DNA of 38,080 nt from Lysobacteraceae bacterium. GTDB taxonomy: Bacteria; Pseudomonadota; Gammaproteobacteria; Xanthomonadales; Xanthomonadaceae. The translations under genes and the position numbers were made by a program. The stretch spans positions 1 through 38,080 of the forward strand of contig JANJTY010000363.1 in NCBI GenBank assembly GCA_024710865.1, written 5' to 3'. Positions 1-8,841 of the stretch are shown here, one piece after another. The notes under the pieces are model-generated. The model ran no database searches. It saw only the letters and a list, made by a program, of their open reading frames with translations, and had not been told where the DNA came from. Within the stretch, counting starts at the first letter, position 1; each line of letters opens with the position of its first letter.

Positions 1-81
1 TACCGCTACGCCACCGTGGGCGAGGCGCCGGCCGGCTTCGACGGAGCGGTGCTGAAGGACGCCTTCCAGCGCAAGGTCTGA
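1..81 (+). CDS. 3' end of an unidentified CDS truncated by the window edge
   Basis: Frame +1 is open from base 1 to TGA at 79-81 (YRYATVGEAPAGFDGAVLKDAFQRKV*). Third codon positions are almost all G/C, as in the confident genes here. Too short to identify. Confidence 0.3.
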   Translation, partial: YRYATVGEAPAGFDGAVLKDAFQRKV

Positions 82-136
82 GCCCGGTGCCGACTGCCCC
101 CGCAGGGACGGCAGGGGAAGGGTAGACTCCCCGCCC

Positions 137-490
137 ATGCCTGCACCCCGCCCATCCAGCATCGTCCTGCACCGCGCCTCGCGCGTCCTCGAAGTCGCCT
201 TCGACAGCGGCGAGGTCTTCCACCTGCCCTGCGAGTACCTGCGGGTCGAATCGCCCAGCGCCGAGGTGCAGGGCCACGGTCCTGGCCAGAAGGTGCTGGT
301 GGCGGGCAAGCGCGAGGTCAACATCGACGCGATCGAGCCGGTCGGCCAGTACGGCGTGCTGCTGCGCTTCTCCGACGGCCACGCCACCGGCATCTTCAGC
401 TGGACCGTGCTGCTCGAACTCGGGCGCGAGCAGGACGCTCGCTGGGCCACGTACCTGGCCGCCCTGGCGGCGGCGGGGCTGTCGCGCTGA
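137..490 (+). CDS. DUF971-family small protein (gamma-butyrobetaine hydroxylase-like N-terminal domain)
   Basis: 117-aa ORF with an ATG start. Motifs L.V.F.DG....L..EYLRV.SPSAEV.GHG and G.Y.V...FSDGH.TGI..W match what I recall for DUF971. It sits immediately upstream of ubiE. Confidence 0.7.
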   Translation: MPAPRPSSIVLHRASRVLEVAFDSGEVFHLPCEYLRVESPSAEVQGHGPGQKVLVAGKREVNIDAIEPVGQYGVLLRFSDGHATGIFSWTVLLELGREQDARWATYLAALAAAGLSR

Positions 491-566
491 AGCCTTTGGC
501 GTCGCGGGCCAGCACGCCCGATCCGGAAGAGCGCCGGCCCGACACGGCCGATGCGATAATGCCTCC

Positions 567-1325
567 ATGAGCGAATCCAAGGCGACGCAGACCACCCACT
601 TCGGCTTCTCCGAGGTGCCGGTGGACGAGAAGCAGAAGCTGGTCGGGCGCGTGTTCTCGTCGGTGGCGAAGAACTACGACCTGATGAACGACCTGATGAG
701 CGTCGGCCTGCACCGGGTCTGGAAGCAGTACTTCGTCGCCACCAGCGGGGTGAAGCGCGGCGACCGCGTACTCGACCTGGCCGGCGGCACCGGCGACATC
801 GCCCGCCTGCTGCATCCGCGCGTGGGCGAGGAGGGTCGCATCGTGCTGGGCGACATCAATGCCGAGATGCTGGGCGTGGGGCGCGACCGACTGACCGATG
901 CGGGCCTGGTTCGCGGCCTGGACTACGTGCGCCTGAACGCCCAGGCCCTGCCCTTCCCCGACCGCCACTTCGACCTCGTCACCATCGCCTTCGGCCTGCG
1001 CAACGTGACCGACAAGGACGCCGCACTGCGCGAGATGTTCCGCGTGCTGAAGATCGGCGGCCGTGCCCTGGTGCTGGAGTTCTCGCAGGTCAAGGCCGAG
1101 TGGTTCCGGCCGCTGTACGACTTCCACGGCTTCCAGGTGCTGCCGCGCCTGGGCCGGCTGTTCGCCAACGATGCCGACAGCTACCGCTACCTGGCCGAAT
1201 CGATCCGCAGGCATCCGCCGCAGGCCGAACTGGAGGCGATGCTGCGCGATGCGGGCTTCGACCGCGTCAGCCACCGCAACCTCTCCGGCGGCATCGTCGC
1301 GATCCACTCCGGTTACCGCACCTGA
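567..1325 (+). CDS. ubiE: Ubiquinone/menaquinone biosynthesis C-methyltransferase UbiE
   Basis: 252 aa. The N-terminus THFGF..V....K...V..VF.SVA..YDLMNDLMS.G.HR.WK is characteristic of UbiE/MenG. SAM-binding motif VLDLAGGTGD is present. Confidence 0.95.
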   Translation: MSESKATQTTHFGFSEVPVDEKQKLVGRVFSSVAKNYDLMNDLMSVGLHRVWKQYFVATSGVKRGDRVLDLAGGTGDIARLLHPRVGEEGRIVLGDINAEMLGVGRDRLTDAGLVRGLDYVRLNAQALPFPDRHFDLVTIAFGLRNVTDKDAALREMFRVLKIGGRALVLEFSQVKAEWFRPLYDFHGFQVLPRLGRLFANDADSYRYLAESIRRHPPQAELEAMLRDAGFDRVSHRNLSGGIVAIHSGYRT

Positions 1326-1335
1326 GTGCGCCGCG

Positions 1336-2067
1336 GTGAGCGATGCGCTCGCGCCGCGGCTCGCCTTCTGGGCGCTGCTTCCCTTCGTCCTGCCGCAGGC
1401 CCTGTGGGTCAGGGCGCGCGCGCCGCGTTTCCCGCCCGCACCCGGCGAGCGCCGGGGCCGCATCGACGCCGGCGAAGCACCGGCACTGCGCTTTCTCGCC
1501 CTGGGCGATTCGGTGATCGACGGTGTTGGCGCCGAGACGCTCGAGGGCGCGGTACCGGTGCAGGCCGCCCGCGCCATGGGCGAAGGCCTGCAGCGTGCGG
1601 TGCACTGGCAGGTGATCGGCCAAAGCGGCGTCGACGCGGGCGAACTGGGTGCGCGCCTGGCCGAACTCGAGCCCGAGGCCTTCGATGCGATCCTGCTCTC
1701 GGTCGGGGTGAACGACGTCACCGGGCTGCACACCGCGCGCCGCTACGCGCGCGACCTGCGCGCCCTGTTCACCGCGCTGCGCGCGCACTCGCCGCGCGCG
1801 GTGATGCTGCTGGCCGGCATCCCGCCCCTGCACGGCTTCCCGCTGCTGCCGCAGCCGCTGCGCTGGCTGATGGGCCTGCGCGCGCGTCGGCTGGACGGCG
1901 TCGGTCGGCAGACCGCGGAACGCGTAGGCGCGCTGTTCGCGCCGCTGGACTTCGAGCCCGAGCCGTCCTTCTTCGCCGCCGACGGCTACCACCCCGGCCC
2001 TCAAAGCCATCGCGACTGGGGCCGCGCGCTGGGAGAGCGCCTCGCTGCCGCGCTGCGCCCAACCTAA
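1336..2067 (+). CDS. SGNH/GDSL-family hydrolase
   Basis: The in-frame GTG at 1336, 10 nt after the ubiE stop, gives a hydrophobic N-terminus (VSDALAPRLAFWALLPFVLPQALW). Block I is LALGDSVIDG, block III is GVNDV, block V is DGYHPG. The upstream part of tracked ORF 1063..2067 overlaps ubiE and is discarded. Confidence 0.7.
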   Translation: MSDALAPRLAFWALLPFVLPQALWVRARAPRFPPAPGERRGRIDAGEAPALRFLALGDSVIDGVGAETLEGAVPVQAARAMGEGLQRAVHWQVIGQSGVDAGELGARLAELEPEAFDAILLSVGVNDVTGLHTARRYARDLRALFTALRAHSPRAVMLLAGIPPLHGFPLLPQPLRWLMGLRARRLDGVGRQTAERVGALFAPLDFEPEPSFFAADGYHPGPQSHRDWGRALGERLAAALRPT

Positions 2068-2137
2068 GCCGGCGCTGCGAAGGCGTTCAGATGCCCATGC
2101 ACCGCTCGGGCAATCGGCGCCGTGGCCGCCTCACGCC

Positions 2138-3730
2138 TCAAGCCGCTTGGCGGGCCCCCTCGTCCAGCGCCGGTGCCTCGCGGATCAGGAAATCGAAGGC
2201 CGACAGCGCGGCCTTGGAGCCCTCGCCCATGGCGATCACGATCTGCTTGTAGGGCACGGTGGTGGCGTCGCCGGCGGCCATCACGCCGGGCAGCGAGGTG
2301 CGTCCGTGCGCGTCGATCTCGATCTCGCCACGCGGGGAGAGCGCGAGCGCGCCCTTGAGCCAGTCGGTGTTGGGCAGCAGGCCGATCTGGACGAACACGC
2401 CTTCGAGCTCGAGCGAGTGCGCGCTGCCGTCGCTGCGGTCGCGGTAGTCGAGGCCGATCACGCGCTGGCCGTCGCCGCGCACCTCGGTGGTTTCGGCATT
2501 GGTCACCACGCGCACGTTGCGCAGGCTGCGCAGCTTGCGCTGCAGGACGTCGTCGGCACGCAGGCGGGCATCGAACTCGATCAGGGTGACGTGGCCGACG
2601 ATGCCGGCGAGATCAATCGCCGCCTCGACGCCGGAGTTGCCGCCGCCGATCACCGCCACGCGCTTGCCCTTGAACAGGGGGCCGTCGCAGTGCGGGCAGT
2701 AGGCCACGCCACGGTTGCGGTACTGCGCCTCGCCGGGCACGCCCAGCTCGCGCCAGCGGGCGCCGGTGGCGAGCACCAGGCTGCGCGCGCGCAAGCTCGC
2801 ACCGCTGGCGAGCAGGATTTCGTGCAGGCCATGCGCGGTCTGGCTCGCGGGCACGAGCCGCTCGGCGCGCTGCAGCTGGATCAGGTCGACCTCGTACTCG
2901 CGCACGTGACGCTCCAGCGCCGCGGCCAGCTGCGGGCCTTCGGTGTGGACGACGGAGATCAGGTTCTCGATGCCGGCGGTGTCCTGCACCTGGCCGCCGA
3001 AGCGTTCGGCCAGCAGGCCGGTGCGGATGCCCTTGCGCGCGGCGTAGATGGCGGCCGCGGCGCCGGCCGGTCCGCCGCCCACCACCAGCACGTCGTAGAC
3101 CGGCTTGTGCCTGAGGCTTTCCGCCGCACGCGCGGCGGCGCCGGTGTCGAGCTTGGCGAGGATCTCCTCCAGGCCCATGCGCCCGGCGCCGAAGACCTCG
3201 CCGTTGAGATAGACGCAGGGCACGGCCATGACCTGGCGCGCCTCGACCTCGGCCGTGAACGCGGCGCCGTCGATCGCGACGTGGCGGATGCGCGGATTCA
3301 GTACGCTCATCAGGTTCAGCGCCTGCACCACGTCGGGGCAGTTCTGGCAGGAGAGCGAGTAATAGGTCTCGAAACGGAAGTCGCCGTCGAGGGCGCGGAT
3401 CTGCTCGATCAGCCCGGCCTCGACCTTGGGCGGATGGCCGCCGACCTGCAGCAGGGCCAGCACCAGCGAGGTGAACTCGTGCCCGAGCGGGACGCCCGCG
3501 AAGCCGACCGCGATCTCGCTGCCGACGCGGCGGATCTCGAAGGACGGCGCGCGCTGCGCGCTGCCGTCCGTGCGCAGCGCGACCGTGTCGGACAGCTCGG
3601 CGATGCCGCGCAGCAGGGATTCAAGCTCGCGCGAGGTCTCGCTGTGGTCCAGGGTGGCGACCAGCTCGATCGGCAGCTTGAGCAGGCCGAGGTAGTGCTG
3701 CAGTTGGGTCTTGAGCGCGGCGTCGAGCAT
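2138..3730 (-). CDS. ahpF: Alkyl hydroperoxide reductase subunit F (AhpF)
   Basis: 530 aa starting at [10 protein letters not shown] (ATG 3730, GGAG upstream). It has the thioredoxin-like CxxC (SCQNCPD), FAD motif [12 protein letters not shown], redox CPHCDG and NAD motif [12 protein letters not shown]. It lies downstream of ahpC. The first 264 codons of tracked ORF 2138..4522 are an Arg/Pro-rich read-through artefact. Confidence 0.95.
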   Translation of the reverse strand: MLDAALKTQLQHYLGLLKLPIELVATLDHSETSRELESLLRGIAELSDTVALRTDGSAQRAPSFEIRRVGSEIAVGFAGVPLGHEFTSLVLALLQVGGHPPKVEAGLIEQIRALDGDFRFETYYSLSCQNCPDVVQALNLMSVLNPRIRHVAIDGAAFTAEVEARQVMAVPCVYLNGEVFGAGRMGLEEILAKLDTGAAARAAESLRHKPVYDVLVVGGGPAGAAAAIYAARKGIRTGLLAERFGGQVQDTAGIENLISVVHTEGPQLAAALERHVREYEVDLIQLQRAERLVPASQTAHGLHEILLASGASLRARSLVLATGARWRELGVPGEAQYRNRGVAYCPHCDGPLFKGKRVAVIGGGNSGVEAAIDLAGIVGHVTLIEFDARLRADDVLQRKLRSLRNVRVVTNAETTEVRGDGQRVIGLDYRDRSDGSAHSLELEGVFVQIGLLPNTDWLKGALALSPRGEIEIDAHGRTSLPGVMAAGDATTVPYKQIVIAMGEGSKAALSAFDFLIREAPALDEGARQAA

Positions 3731-3872
3731 GGGGGTCTCCTGTACGGATCGGAGTGGGGTCGCTCTTTCGGCTTCACCGCTGCGCGGCGTGAGCCGATCT
3801 ATGTGAAGCGATGCGCAGCCTAGGCTCCAACCTGCGCGGCTTGAGCCGACCTGCGCGAGCGATATCGCGTGG

Positions 3873-3903
3873 GAACGGGGCCGGCGCATGCGCGGCCCCG
3901 TTC
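3873..3903 (-). terminator. Intercistronic GC-rich stem-loop between ahpC and ahpF (attenuator or partial terminator)
   Basis: GAACGGGGCC (3873-3882) pairs perfectly with GGCCCCGTTC (3894-3903), with further pairing inside the loop (GCGCATGCGC). It begins 10 nt after the ahpC stop. There is no U-run, so it is not a classical intrinsic terminator. Confidence 0.4.
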
Positions 3904-3912
3904 GCGGCGGGA

Positions 3913-4476
3913 TCAGATCTTGCCGACCAGATCCAGCGAGGGCGCGATGGTCTTGGCGCCTTCCTGCCACTTGGCCGGGCAGACCTGGCCGGGGTTGGCG
4001 GCGACGAACTGCGCGGCCTTGAGCTTGCGCAGGGTTTCCTTCATGTCGCGCGCGATGGCGTTGTCGTGGATCTCGGCGGTCTTGATCAGGCCATCCGGGT
4101 TGACGATGAAGGTGCCGCGCAGGGCCAGGCCTTCCTCGTCGATGTGCACGCCGAAGGCGCGGGTGAGCTGGTGGGTCGGATCGCCGACCAGGGGGAAGGT
4201 GGCCTTGCCCACCGCCGGCGAGGTCTCGTGCCACACCTTGTGCGAGAAGTGGGTGTCGGTGGTGACGATGTAGACCTCGGCGCCAGCCTTCTCGAACTCG
4301 GCGTAATGGCTGGCGGCGTCCTCGACCTCGGTCGGGCAGTTGAAGGTGAAGGCAGCCGGCATGAACACCAGCACCGACCACTTGCCCTTCAGGCTCTGCT
4401 CGGTGAGGGCGACGAACTTGCCGTTGTGGAAGGCGTTGACCTTGAAGGCGGGAACGACGGTGTTGATCAGGGACAT
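3913..4476 (-). CDS. ahpC: Peroxiredoxin AhpC (alkyl hydroperoxide reductase subunit C)
   Basis: 187 aa. It has the typical 2-Cys Prx motifs: peroxidatic Cys in FTFNCPTE and resolving Cys in [14 protein letters not shown] precedes ATG 4476. Confidence 0.97.
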   Translation of the reverse strand: MSLINTVVPAFKVNAFHNGKFVALTEQSLKGKWSVLVFMPAAFTFNCPTEVEDAASHYAEFEKAGAEVYIVTTDTHFSHKVWHETSPAVGKATFPLVGDPTHQLTRAFGVHIDEEGLALRGTFIVNPDGLIKTAEIHDNAIARDMKETLRKLKAAQFVAANPGQVCPAKWQEGAKTIAPSLDLVGKI

Positions 4477-4522
4477 GGTTGCGATCCTGGTTGATGGGAG
4501 GGAGGGGTGAAGAACTGGTCAA

Positions 4523-4588
4523 AGCTTAGGCAATCTGCTGCGATGCAGCAAATCGTTGACGGCGCTCACTCCGATAGGCCTTGCCTAT
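4523..4588 (-). promoter_or_regulatory. Putative ahpC promoter with an abutting OxyR-type operator
   Basis: Read on the minus strand: ATAG-N7-CTAT-N7-AGCG-N7-CGAT (4588..4552). That is 13/16 matches to the OxyR ATAG-N7-CTAT-N7-ATAG-N7-CTAT pattern. It is directly followed by TTGCTG (-35, 4551..4546), a 17-nt spacer and TAAGCT (-10, 4528..4523). Confidence 0.4.
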
Positions 4589-4750
4589 GACACACCCCTG
4601 CAGCAGTGCGATTCGAGCGGCTCGTGCGTGCAGAGCCTGGCCACCAGCCTGAACGGGAGTGATCGCCCCTCGGGCCTCCGCTACGTGCCGACCTGCGCGT
4701 CGGCGAGCGCATCGATCAGACGCTGGCAGGACATCACGCGCGCAGGGAAA

Positions 4751-5109
4751 AGGCGGAGCCGGCCGATAAGCCGGGTTCTGTCGTGGGCAGCCATTCTTCT
4801 AGGCCATGCGTCGCCGCATGGCTCAAGCAACCAACCCGGGCGCGGTGCGGGCCACACCATAGCGCCCCTATTCGGTCTTGCTCCAGGTGGGGTTTGCCGT
4901 GCCCTGCGGCGTTGGCCCCGCAGGCGGTGCGCTCTTACCGCACCGTTTCACCATCACCACGCGCGTCTTGCGACGCCGTTCGGCTGTCTGCTCTCTGTTG
5001 CACTTTCCGTCGGCTCGCGCCGCCCAGGCGTTACCTGGCACCTTGCCCTGTGGAGCCCGGACTTTCCTCGGCGCGGATCGCTCCGCGACGCGACTGCCTG
5101 GCCGACTCC
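4751..5109 (-). ncRNA. rnpB: RNase P RNA, bacterial type A
   Basis: The reverse complement carries the universally conserved blocks GAGGAAAGTCCGGGCTCCACAGGGCA..GTGCCAGGTAACGCCTGG, ..AGTGCAACAGAGAGCA.. and ..GGTGAAACGGTGCGGTAAGAGCGCACCG.., plus ..ACAGAACCCGGCTTATCGGCCGGCTCC. P1 pairs GGAGUCGGCC at the 5' end with GGCCGGCUCC at the 3' end. It is colinear with E. coli rnpB and is followed by a TTTT run. Ends are +/- a few nt. Confidence 0.9.
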
Positions 5110-5156
5110 GCGCCGCGAGTGTAGCGCAGCGCCGCTGGCCGCAGGCCCAATCCGCC

Positions 5157-5987
5157 TCAGCCTCCGCCGTACAGGGCCTTGCGCGGCACACCGCTGAACT
5201 CCGCCGCGACCCGCGCGGCCTGCGAGGGCGGCAGGTGCTCGGACAGCAGCGCGTAGAGCCGGCGACCCTGCGCCAGCGCCGCATCGGCATCGGCCGCTGC
5301 GCCCTCGATCAGCAGCACGAACTCGCCGCGGCGCTGGTCCGGATCTTCGGCCAGGCGCCGGCAGAGCGCGTCGAGCGCGCCATCGAGCAGGGTCTCGAAG
5401 CGCTTGGTCAACTCCCGCGCCAGTACCGCGTGGCGCCCGCCGCCAAGAACGCCGGCGCAGTCGGCCAGGCTCTCCTCGATGCGGTGCGCGCTCTCGTACA
5501 GCACCAGGGTGCGGCTCTCCTCGCGCAGCTCCAGCAGGCGCTGGCGGCGCGCGCCGACCTTGGCCGGCAGGAAGCCCTCGAACACGAAGCGGTCGGACGG
5601 CAGGCCGGCGGCCGACAGCGCGGCGATGGCGGCGCAGGGACCGGGCACGGGGCTGACCGTGAGCCCGGCGGCGCGCGCGGCGCGCACCAGGCGGAAGCCC
5701 GGATCGCTGACCAGGGGCGTGCCCGCATCCGACACCAGCGCGAAGCTGCGTCCGGCGCGCAGGGCCTCGACCAGGCTTGCGGCCTGCTGCGCCTCGTTGT
5801 GCTCGTGCAGCGCCTGCAGCGGCCGCTCGATGCCGAAATGGGCGAGCAGCTGGCGGGTGTGGCGGGTGTCCTCGGCCAGCACCGCATCGCACTCCCGCAA
5901 CGTGCGCAGCGCGCGCGGACTGAGGTCCTCGAGGTTGCCGATGGGCGTGGCGACGACGAACAGCGTGCCGGGCGAAGGCTGGGACAT
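5157..5987 (-). CDS. rsmI: 16S rRNA (cytidine1402-2'-O)-methyltransferase RsmI
   Basis: 276 aa. The N-terminus GTLFVVATPIGNLEDLSPRALRTL...D.VLAEDTRHT is typical of RsmI (tetrapyrrole-methylase fold). It is divergent from lpoA, as in enterobacteria. Confidence 0.92.
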   Translation of the reverse strand: MSQPSPGTLFVVATPIGNLEDLSPRALRTLRECDAVLAEDTRHTRQLLAHFGIERPLQALHEHNEAQQAASLVEALRAGRSFALVSDAGTPLVSDPGFRLVRAARAAGLTVSPVPGPCAAIAALSAAGLPSDRFVFEGFLPAKVGARRQRLLELREESRTLVLYESAHRIEESLADCAGVLGGGRHAVLARELTKRFETLLDGALDALCRRLAEDPDQRRGEFVLLIEGAAADADAALAQGRRLYALLSEHLPPSQAARVAAEFSGVPRKALYGGG

Positions 5988-6050
5988 GGGCGGGCCAGGG
6001 GAGCGGAGCGGCTATGATCTTAGCCCCTGTCCCACGCGCTCCTGTCCGCC

Positions 6051-7835
6051 ATGCTGCGACTCCTGCCGATCGCGCTGCTGCTCCTGCTCGCCGCCTGCGC
6101 CACGACGACGACCCGCGCACCCGAGCCGCCGCAGGCCGGGGCCGCCGAGCAATGGTTCCGTCAGGGCGAGTTCGAGGCCGCCGCACTGGCCTTCATCGAG
6201 GCCAGCGAAGCGCCGCGCGCGCCGCGCGACCGCTACCTGCTGCGCGCGGCCGAGTCCTGGCGCGAGGAAGGGCGCCTGGAGGAGGTGCGCGCCCTGCTGC
6301 CGCGCATCGATCGCAGCCGGCTCTCGCCCGGGCTGCAGACGCGCCTTGCGCTCATGCAGGCCGAGCTCTCGCTGCAGGATGCCGAACCGGCATCAGCGCT
6401 GGATCGCCTCGCCGGCGCGCCGCCATCGGGCGCATCGGCGTTGCGCTGGTATGAGCTGCGCGCCCGCGCGCTGGGCGCGCTGGATCGCCCGCTGGAGGCG
6501 GCGGCCGCGCGCGCGGCGCTGGACCTGCGCCTGCCGGACAGCGAGCGACGCGCCAACGCACGCGAGCTGGCCGCGCTGCTGCGCGCGCTCGACGATGAGG
6601 CCCTGCGCGCCGCAGCCGTGACCCACGCGGAGGATGAGGCCCTGCGGCCCTGGCTCGGCGCCGCCCTGGCCCAGCGCGGCCTGCCCGTGCCCTGGGATGG
6701 CGGGCACGCGGTCGCCCTGCCGTTCGAACCGCTGCCGGCCGACAGCGACGGTTACGCCCCGCCGCGCCGCATCGCCGTGCTGCTGCCGCAGAGCGGCGCC
6801 CTGGCCGCACCGGCACGCTCGGTTCGGGATGGCCTGCTGGCGGCCTTCCACGCCGAAACCCGGGAGCGCCCGGAGCTGCGCTTCTATGACAGCGGCGAGG
6901 CGGTGGAACAGGCGCTGGTCGCCTTTGACACCGCCAGCGCCGAGGGCGCCGACCTGGTGATCGGGCCGCTCACGCGAGAGGCCGTCGCGGCCCTGTTCGA
7001 CCGCGGCCGCCTGGCGACGCCGACCTTGGCGCTCAACCGCGGCGGCGCGGTGCCGCCCCCGCCCGGCAGCCAGAGTTTCGCGCTGAGCCCCGACGAGGAG
7101 GCCGCCGAAGCCGCCGAGCGTTTCAGCCGCCGCGGCATCCAGCGCGTGATCGCCATCGGGAGTGGCGACGAATCCAGCCAGCGCAGCCTGGAGGCCTTCA
7201 CGCAGCGCCTCAGGCAGCGCGGCGGCGAGGTGGTGGCGACGGCGCAGCTGCCCGAGTCCGATCCGAACTACGCGCCGGCACTCAAGACCGCCTTCGCAGG
7301 TCTGCAGGCGCCGATTCCACCCGCCCTGCTCTGGAGCCTGGAGGGCGCCGAGCCGCCAACCCCCGATTTCGACGGCGTGTTCCTGGCCCTGCGTCCGGCG
7401 CAGGCACGCCTGCTCGTGCCCCAGCTCAAGCTGATCGGCATCGAGGGCCTGCCGATGTTCGCCACCTCGATGATCCAGGGCGCCGAATCCGACCCGCGCC
7501 TCGACCGCGAGCTGGACGGCATCGAGTTCACCACCCTGCCTTGGCTGATCGACAGCGCCATCGGCGTGCCGCGCCGCGAACACCTCGCGGCCGACCTCGA
7601 CAGCGCGCAGGGCGCCGGCGCGCGTCTTTTCGCCTTCGGCATCGACGCCTTCCGGCTCGCGGTTTACCTCGGCCACCTGTCCGCGCAGCCGGGCGCGACC
7701 CTGTTCGGCGCCACCGGCGAGCTGTCGCTCGACGGCTTCGGCCAGGTCCAGCGCGTGCCGACCTGGGCCCGCTTCCGCAGCGGCCGGCCGCAGCCGGCCG
7801 AGGGCGCGCTGCAGCCCGATGGCCGCGGGCCCTGA
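6051..7835 (+). CDS. lpoA: Penicillin-binding protein activator LpoA-like lipoprotein
   Basis: 594 aa. The lipoprotein signal is MLRLLPIALLLLLAAC. The N-terminal half is helical and TPR-like. The C-terminal half resembles a type-1 periplasmic binding fold (RIAVLLPQSGALA...DLVIGPLTREAV). Synteny is rsmI / lpoA-yraN. Confidence 0.8.
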   Translation: MLRLLPIALLLLLAACATTTTRAPEPPQAGAAEQWFRQGEFEAAALAFIEASEAPRAPRDRYLLRAAESWREEGRLEEVRALLPRIDRSRLSPGLQTRLALMQAELSLQDAEPASALDRLAGAPPSGASALRWYELRARALGALDRPLEAAAARAALDLRLPDSERRANARELAALLRALDDEALRAAAVTHAEDEALRPWLGAALAQRGLPVPWDGGHAVALPFEPLPADSDGYAPPRRIAVLLPQSGALAAPARSVRDGLLAAFHAETRERPELRFYDSGEAVEQALVAFDTASAEGADLVIGPLTREAVAALFDRGRLATPTLALNRGGAVPPPPGSQSFALSPDEEAAEAAERFSRRGIQRVIAIGSGDESSQRSLEAFTQRLRQRGGEVVATAQLPESDPNYAPALKTAFAGLQAPIPPALLWSLEGAEPPTPDFDGVFLALRPAQARLLVPQLKLIGIEGLPMFATSMIQGAESDPRLDRELDGIEFTTLPWLIDSAIGVPRREHLAADLDSAQGAGARLFAFGIDAFRLAVYLGHLSAQPGATLFGATGELSLDGFGQVQRVPTWARFRSGRPQPAEGALQPDGRGP

Positions 7836-8193
7836 CCGCGCCGGGCGCGGCAGCGCGGCCGAGGACCGCGCGCTGCGCGAGCTGCAGGCACACGGGCTTG
7901 GCCTGGTGGCGCGCAACGTGCGCTACCGGGTCGGCGAGATCGACCTGGTCATGCGCGAACGCGGCGTGCTGGTGTTCGTGGAGGTTCGCCTGCGCAGCGC
8001 GCGCGGCTACGGCGATGCCGGCGACTCGGTCGACGCGCACAAGCAGCGCCGGCTGGTGCGGGCGGCCTCGGCCTTCCTGGCCGCGAACCCGGCCCTGGCC
8101 ACCCTGCCCTGCCGGTTTGACGTGGTCGGCGTGGACGGCGACGACGCGCGTGCGCCGCTACGCTGGATCCGCGATGCGTTCCGGCTCGACTAG
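7819..8193 (+). CDS. yraN: YraN-family (UPF0102) endonuclease-like protein
   Basis: 124 aa. The G..AE..A...L...G......N.R...GEIDLVM......VFVEV..R core is typical of UPF0102. It overlaps the lpoA stop by 17 nt. Confidence 0.85.
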   Translation: MAAGPDRAGRGSAAEDRALRELQAHGLGLVARNVRYRVGEIDLVMRERGVLVFVEVRLRSARGYGDAGDSVDAHKQRRLVRAASAFLAANPALATLPCRFDVVGVDGDDARAPLRWIRDAFRLD

Positions 8194-8210
8194 CGTTGAT
8201 TGCCGAGGGC

Positions 8211-8336
8211 GCGGTCGCGGCTGAAGCCGCTCCTGCAAGAGCGCCGGATCGAGGCGCGAGGAGGGGCTTCAGCCCCGACCAGCACGCTGGATGGCGCGGC
8301 GCCACAGTGGCCGCGGCTGACGCCGCTCCTGCACCG
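8211..8336. repeat. Cluster of three REP-like extragenic palindromic units
   Basis: Unit 1, 8211-8240: GCGGTCGCGGCTGAAGCCGCTCCTGCAAGA. Unit 2, 8258-8280, opposite orientation: CGAGGAGGGGCTTCAGCCCCGACC. Unit 3, 8308-8336: GTGGCCGCGGCTGACGCCGCTCCTGCACCG. Each has a 5-bp GC stem with a 4-nt loop next to a CTCCT/AGGAG arm. The cluster lies in the convergent yraN / CBS-gene spacer. Confidence 0.6.
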
Positions 8337-8348
8337 AAACCAGGCGCC

Positions 8349-8777
8349 TCAACCCACGACGTACTGGCGCAGCTGGTCGATTTCCTGCTGCTGCTCCTCG
8401 ATCACCGCCTTGACCAGGTCGCCGATCGAGAGCATGCCGCTGACCGCGCCGTCCTCGATCACCGGCAGGTGGCGGATGCGGTGTTCGGTCATCAGCCGCA
8501 TGCAGCCGCGCACGCGCTCATCCGGGCCGACGGTGAACACCGGGCTGCTCATGATTTCCCAGACTTCGGTCTCGGCCGAGGAACGGCCGCGCAGGATGAC
8601 CTTGCGCGCGTAGTCGCGCTCGGAGCAGATGCCGGCCAGCTCGTCGCCGCGCATCACCAGCACCGCGCCGATGCCCTCGTCGGCCATGAGCTGGATGGCT
8701 TCGAGCACCGGCGCCTCGGGCGCGATCGACACCACGCGCCGACCTTTCGCATCGAGCAGTTGTCTGACGGTTTGCAT
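8349..8777 (-). CDS. CBS-pair domain protein
   Basis: 142 aa with two CBS repeats (V..I.....V..A...M.....G...V and V.....M....I.HLPV.....V.G..S..DL). Confidence 0.85.
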   Translation of the reverse strand: MQTVRQLLDAKGRRVVSIAPEAPVLEAIQLMADEGIGAVLVMRGDELAGICSERDYARKVILRGRSSAETEVWEIMSSPVFTVGPDERVRGCMRLMTEHRIRHLPVIEDGAVSGMLSIGDLVKAVIEEQQQEIDQLRQYVVG

Positions 8778-8841
8778 GGCCCGGCCCCCGCTCCGATGTA
8801 GTCGGCTTCGATGATAGACCTACGCCACCGCGGCGCAAGGT

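Noticed and set aside
553-569. GATAAT 8 nt upstream of the ubiE ATG as a leaderless promoter
   Set aside because: No acceptable -35 lies 16-18 nt upstream. ubiE is more simply co-transcribed with the DUF971 gene 76 nt upstream.
396-1733. 445-aa minus-strand ORF
   Set aside because: It is antisense to DUF971/ubiE/SGNH with low-complexity Ala/Arg/Ser/Pro composition. The plus-strand genes carry strong family motifs.
3731-4522. N-terminal 264 codons of tracked ORF 2138..4522 (794 aa)
   Set aside because: The TTG-initiated extension runs through the ahpC gene in another frame and encodes Arg/Pro/Gly/His-rich nonsense. The AhpF homology begins at MLDAALK (ATG 3730), which has its own GGAG.
5110-5156. 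Candidate rnpB promoter (TTGGGC ... TACACT) in the rsmI-rnpB spacer
   Set aside because: The spacing between the hexamers is 21 nt, outside the functional 16-18 nt range, so it was not called.
4556-6017. ORFs 4556..5197, 4783..5124, 4868..5290, 4878..6017 and 4954..6186
   Set aside because: They overlie the RNase P RNA gene and/or run antisense or out of frame to rsmI. Their products are Arg/Pro/Ala-rich, and no independent coding evidence exists.
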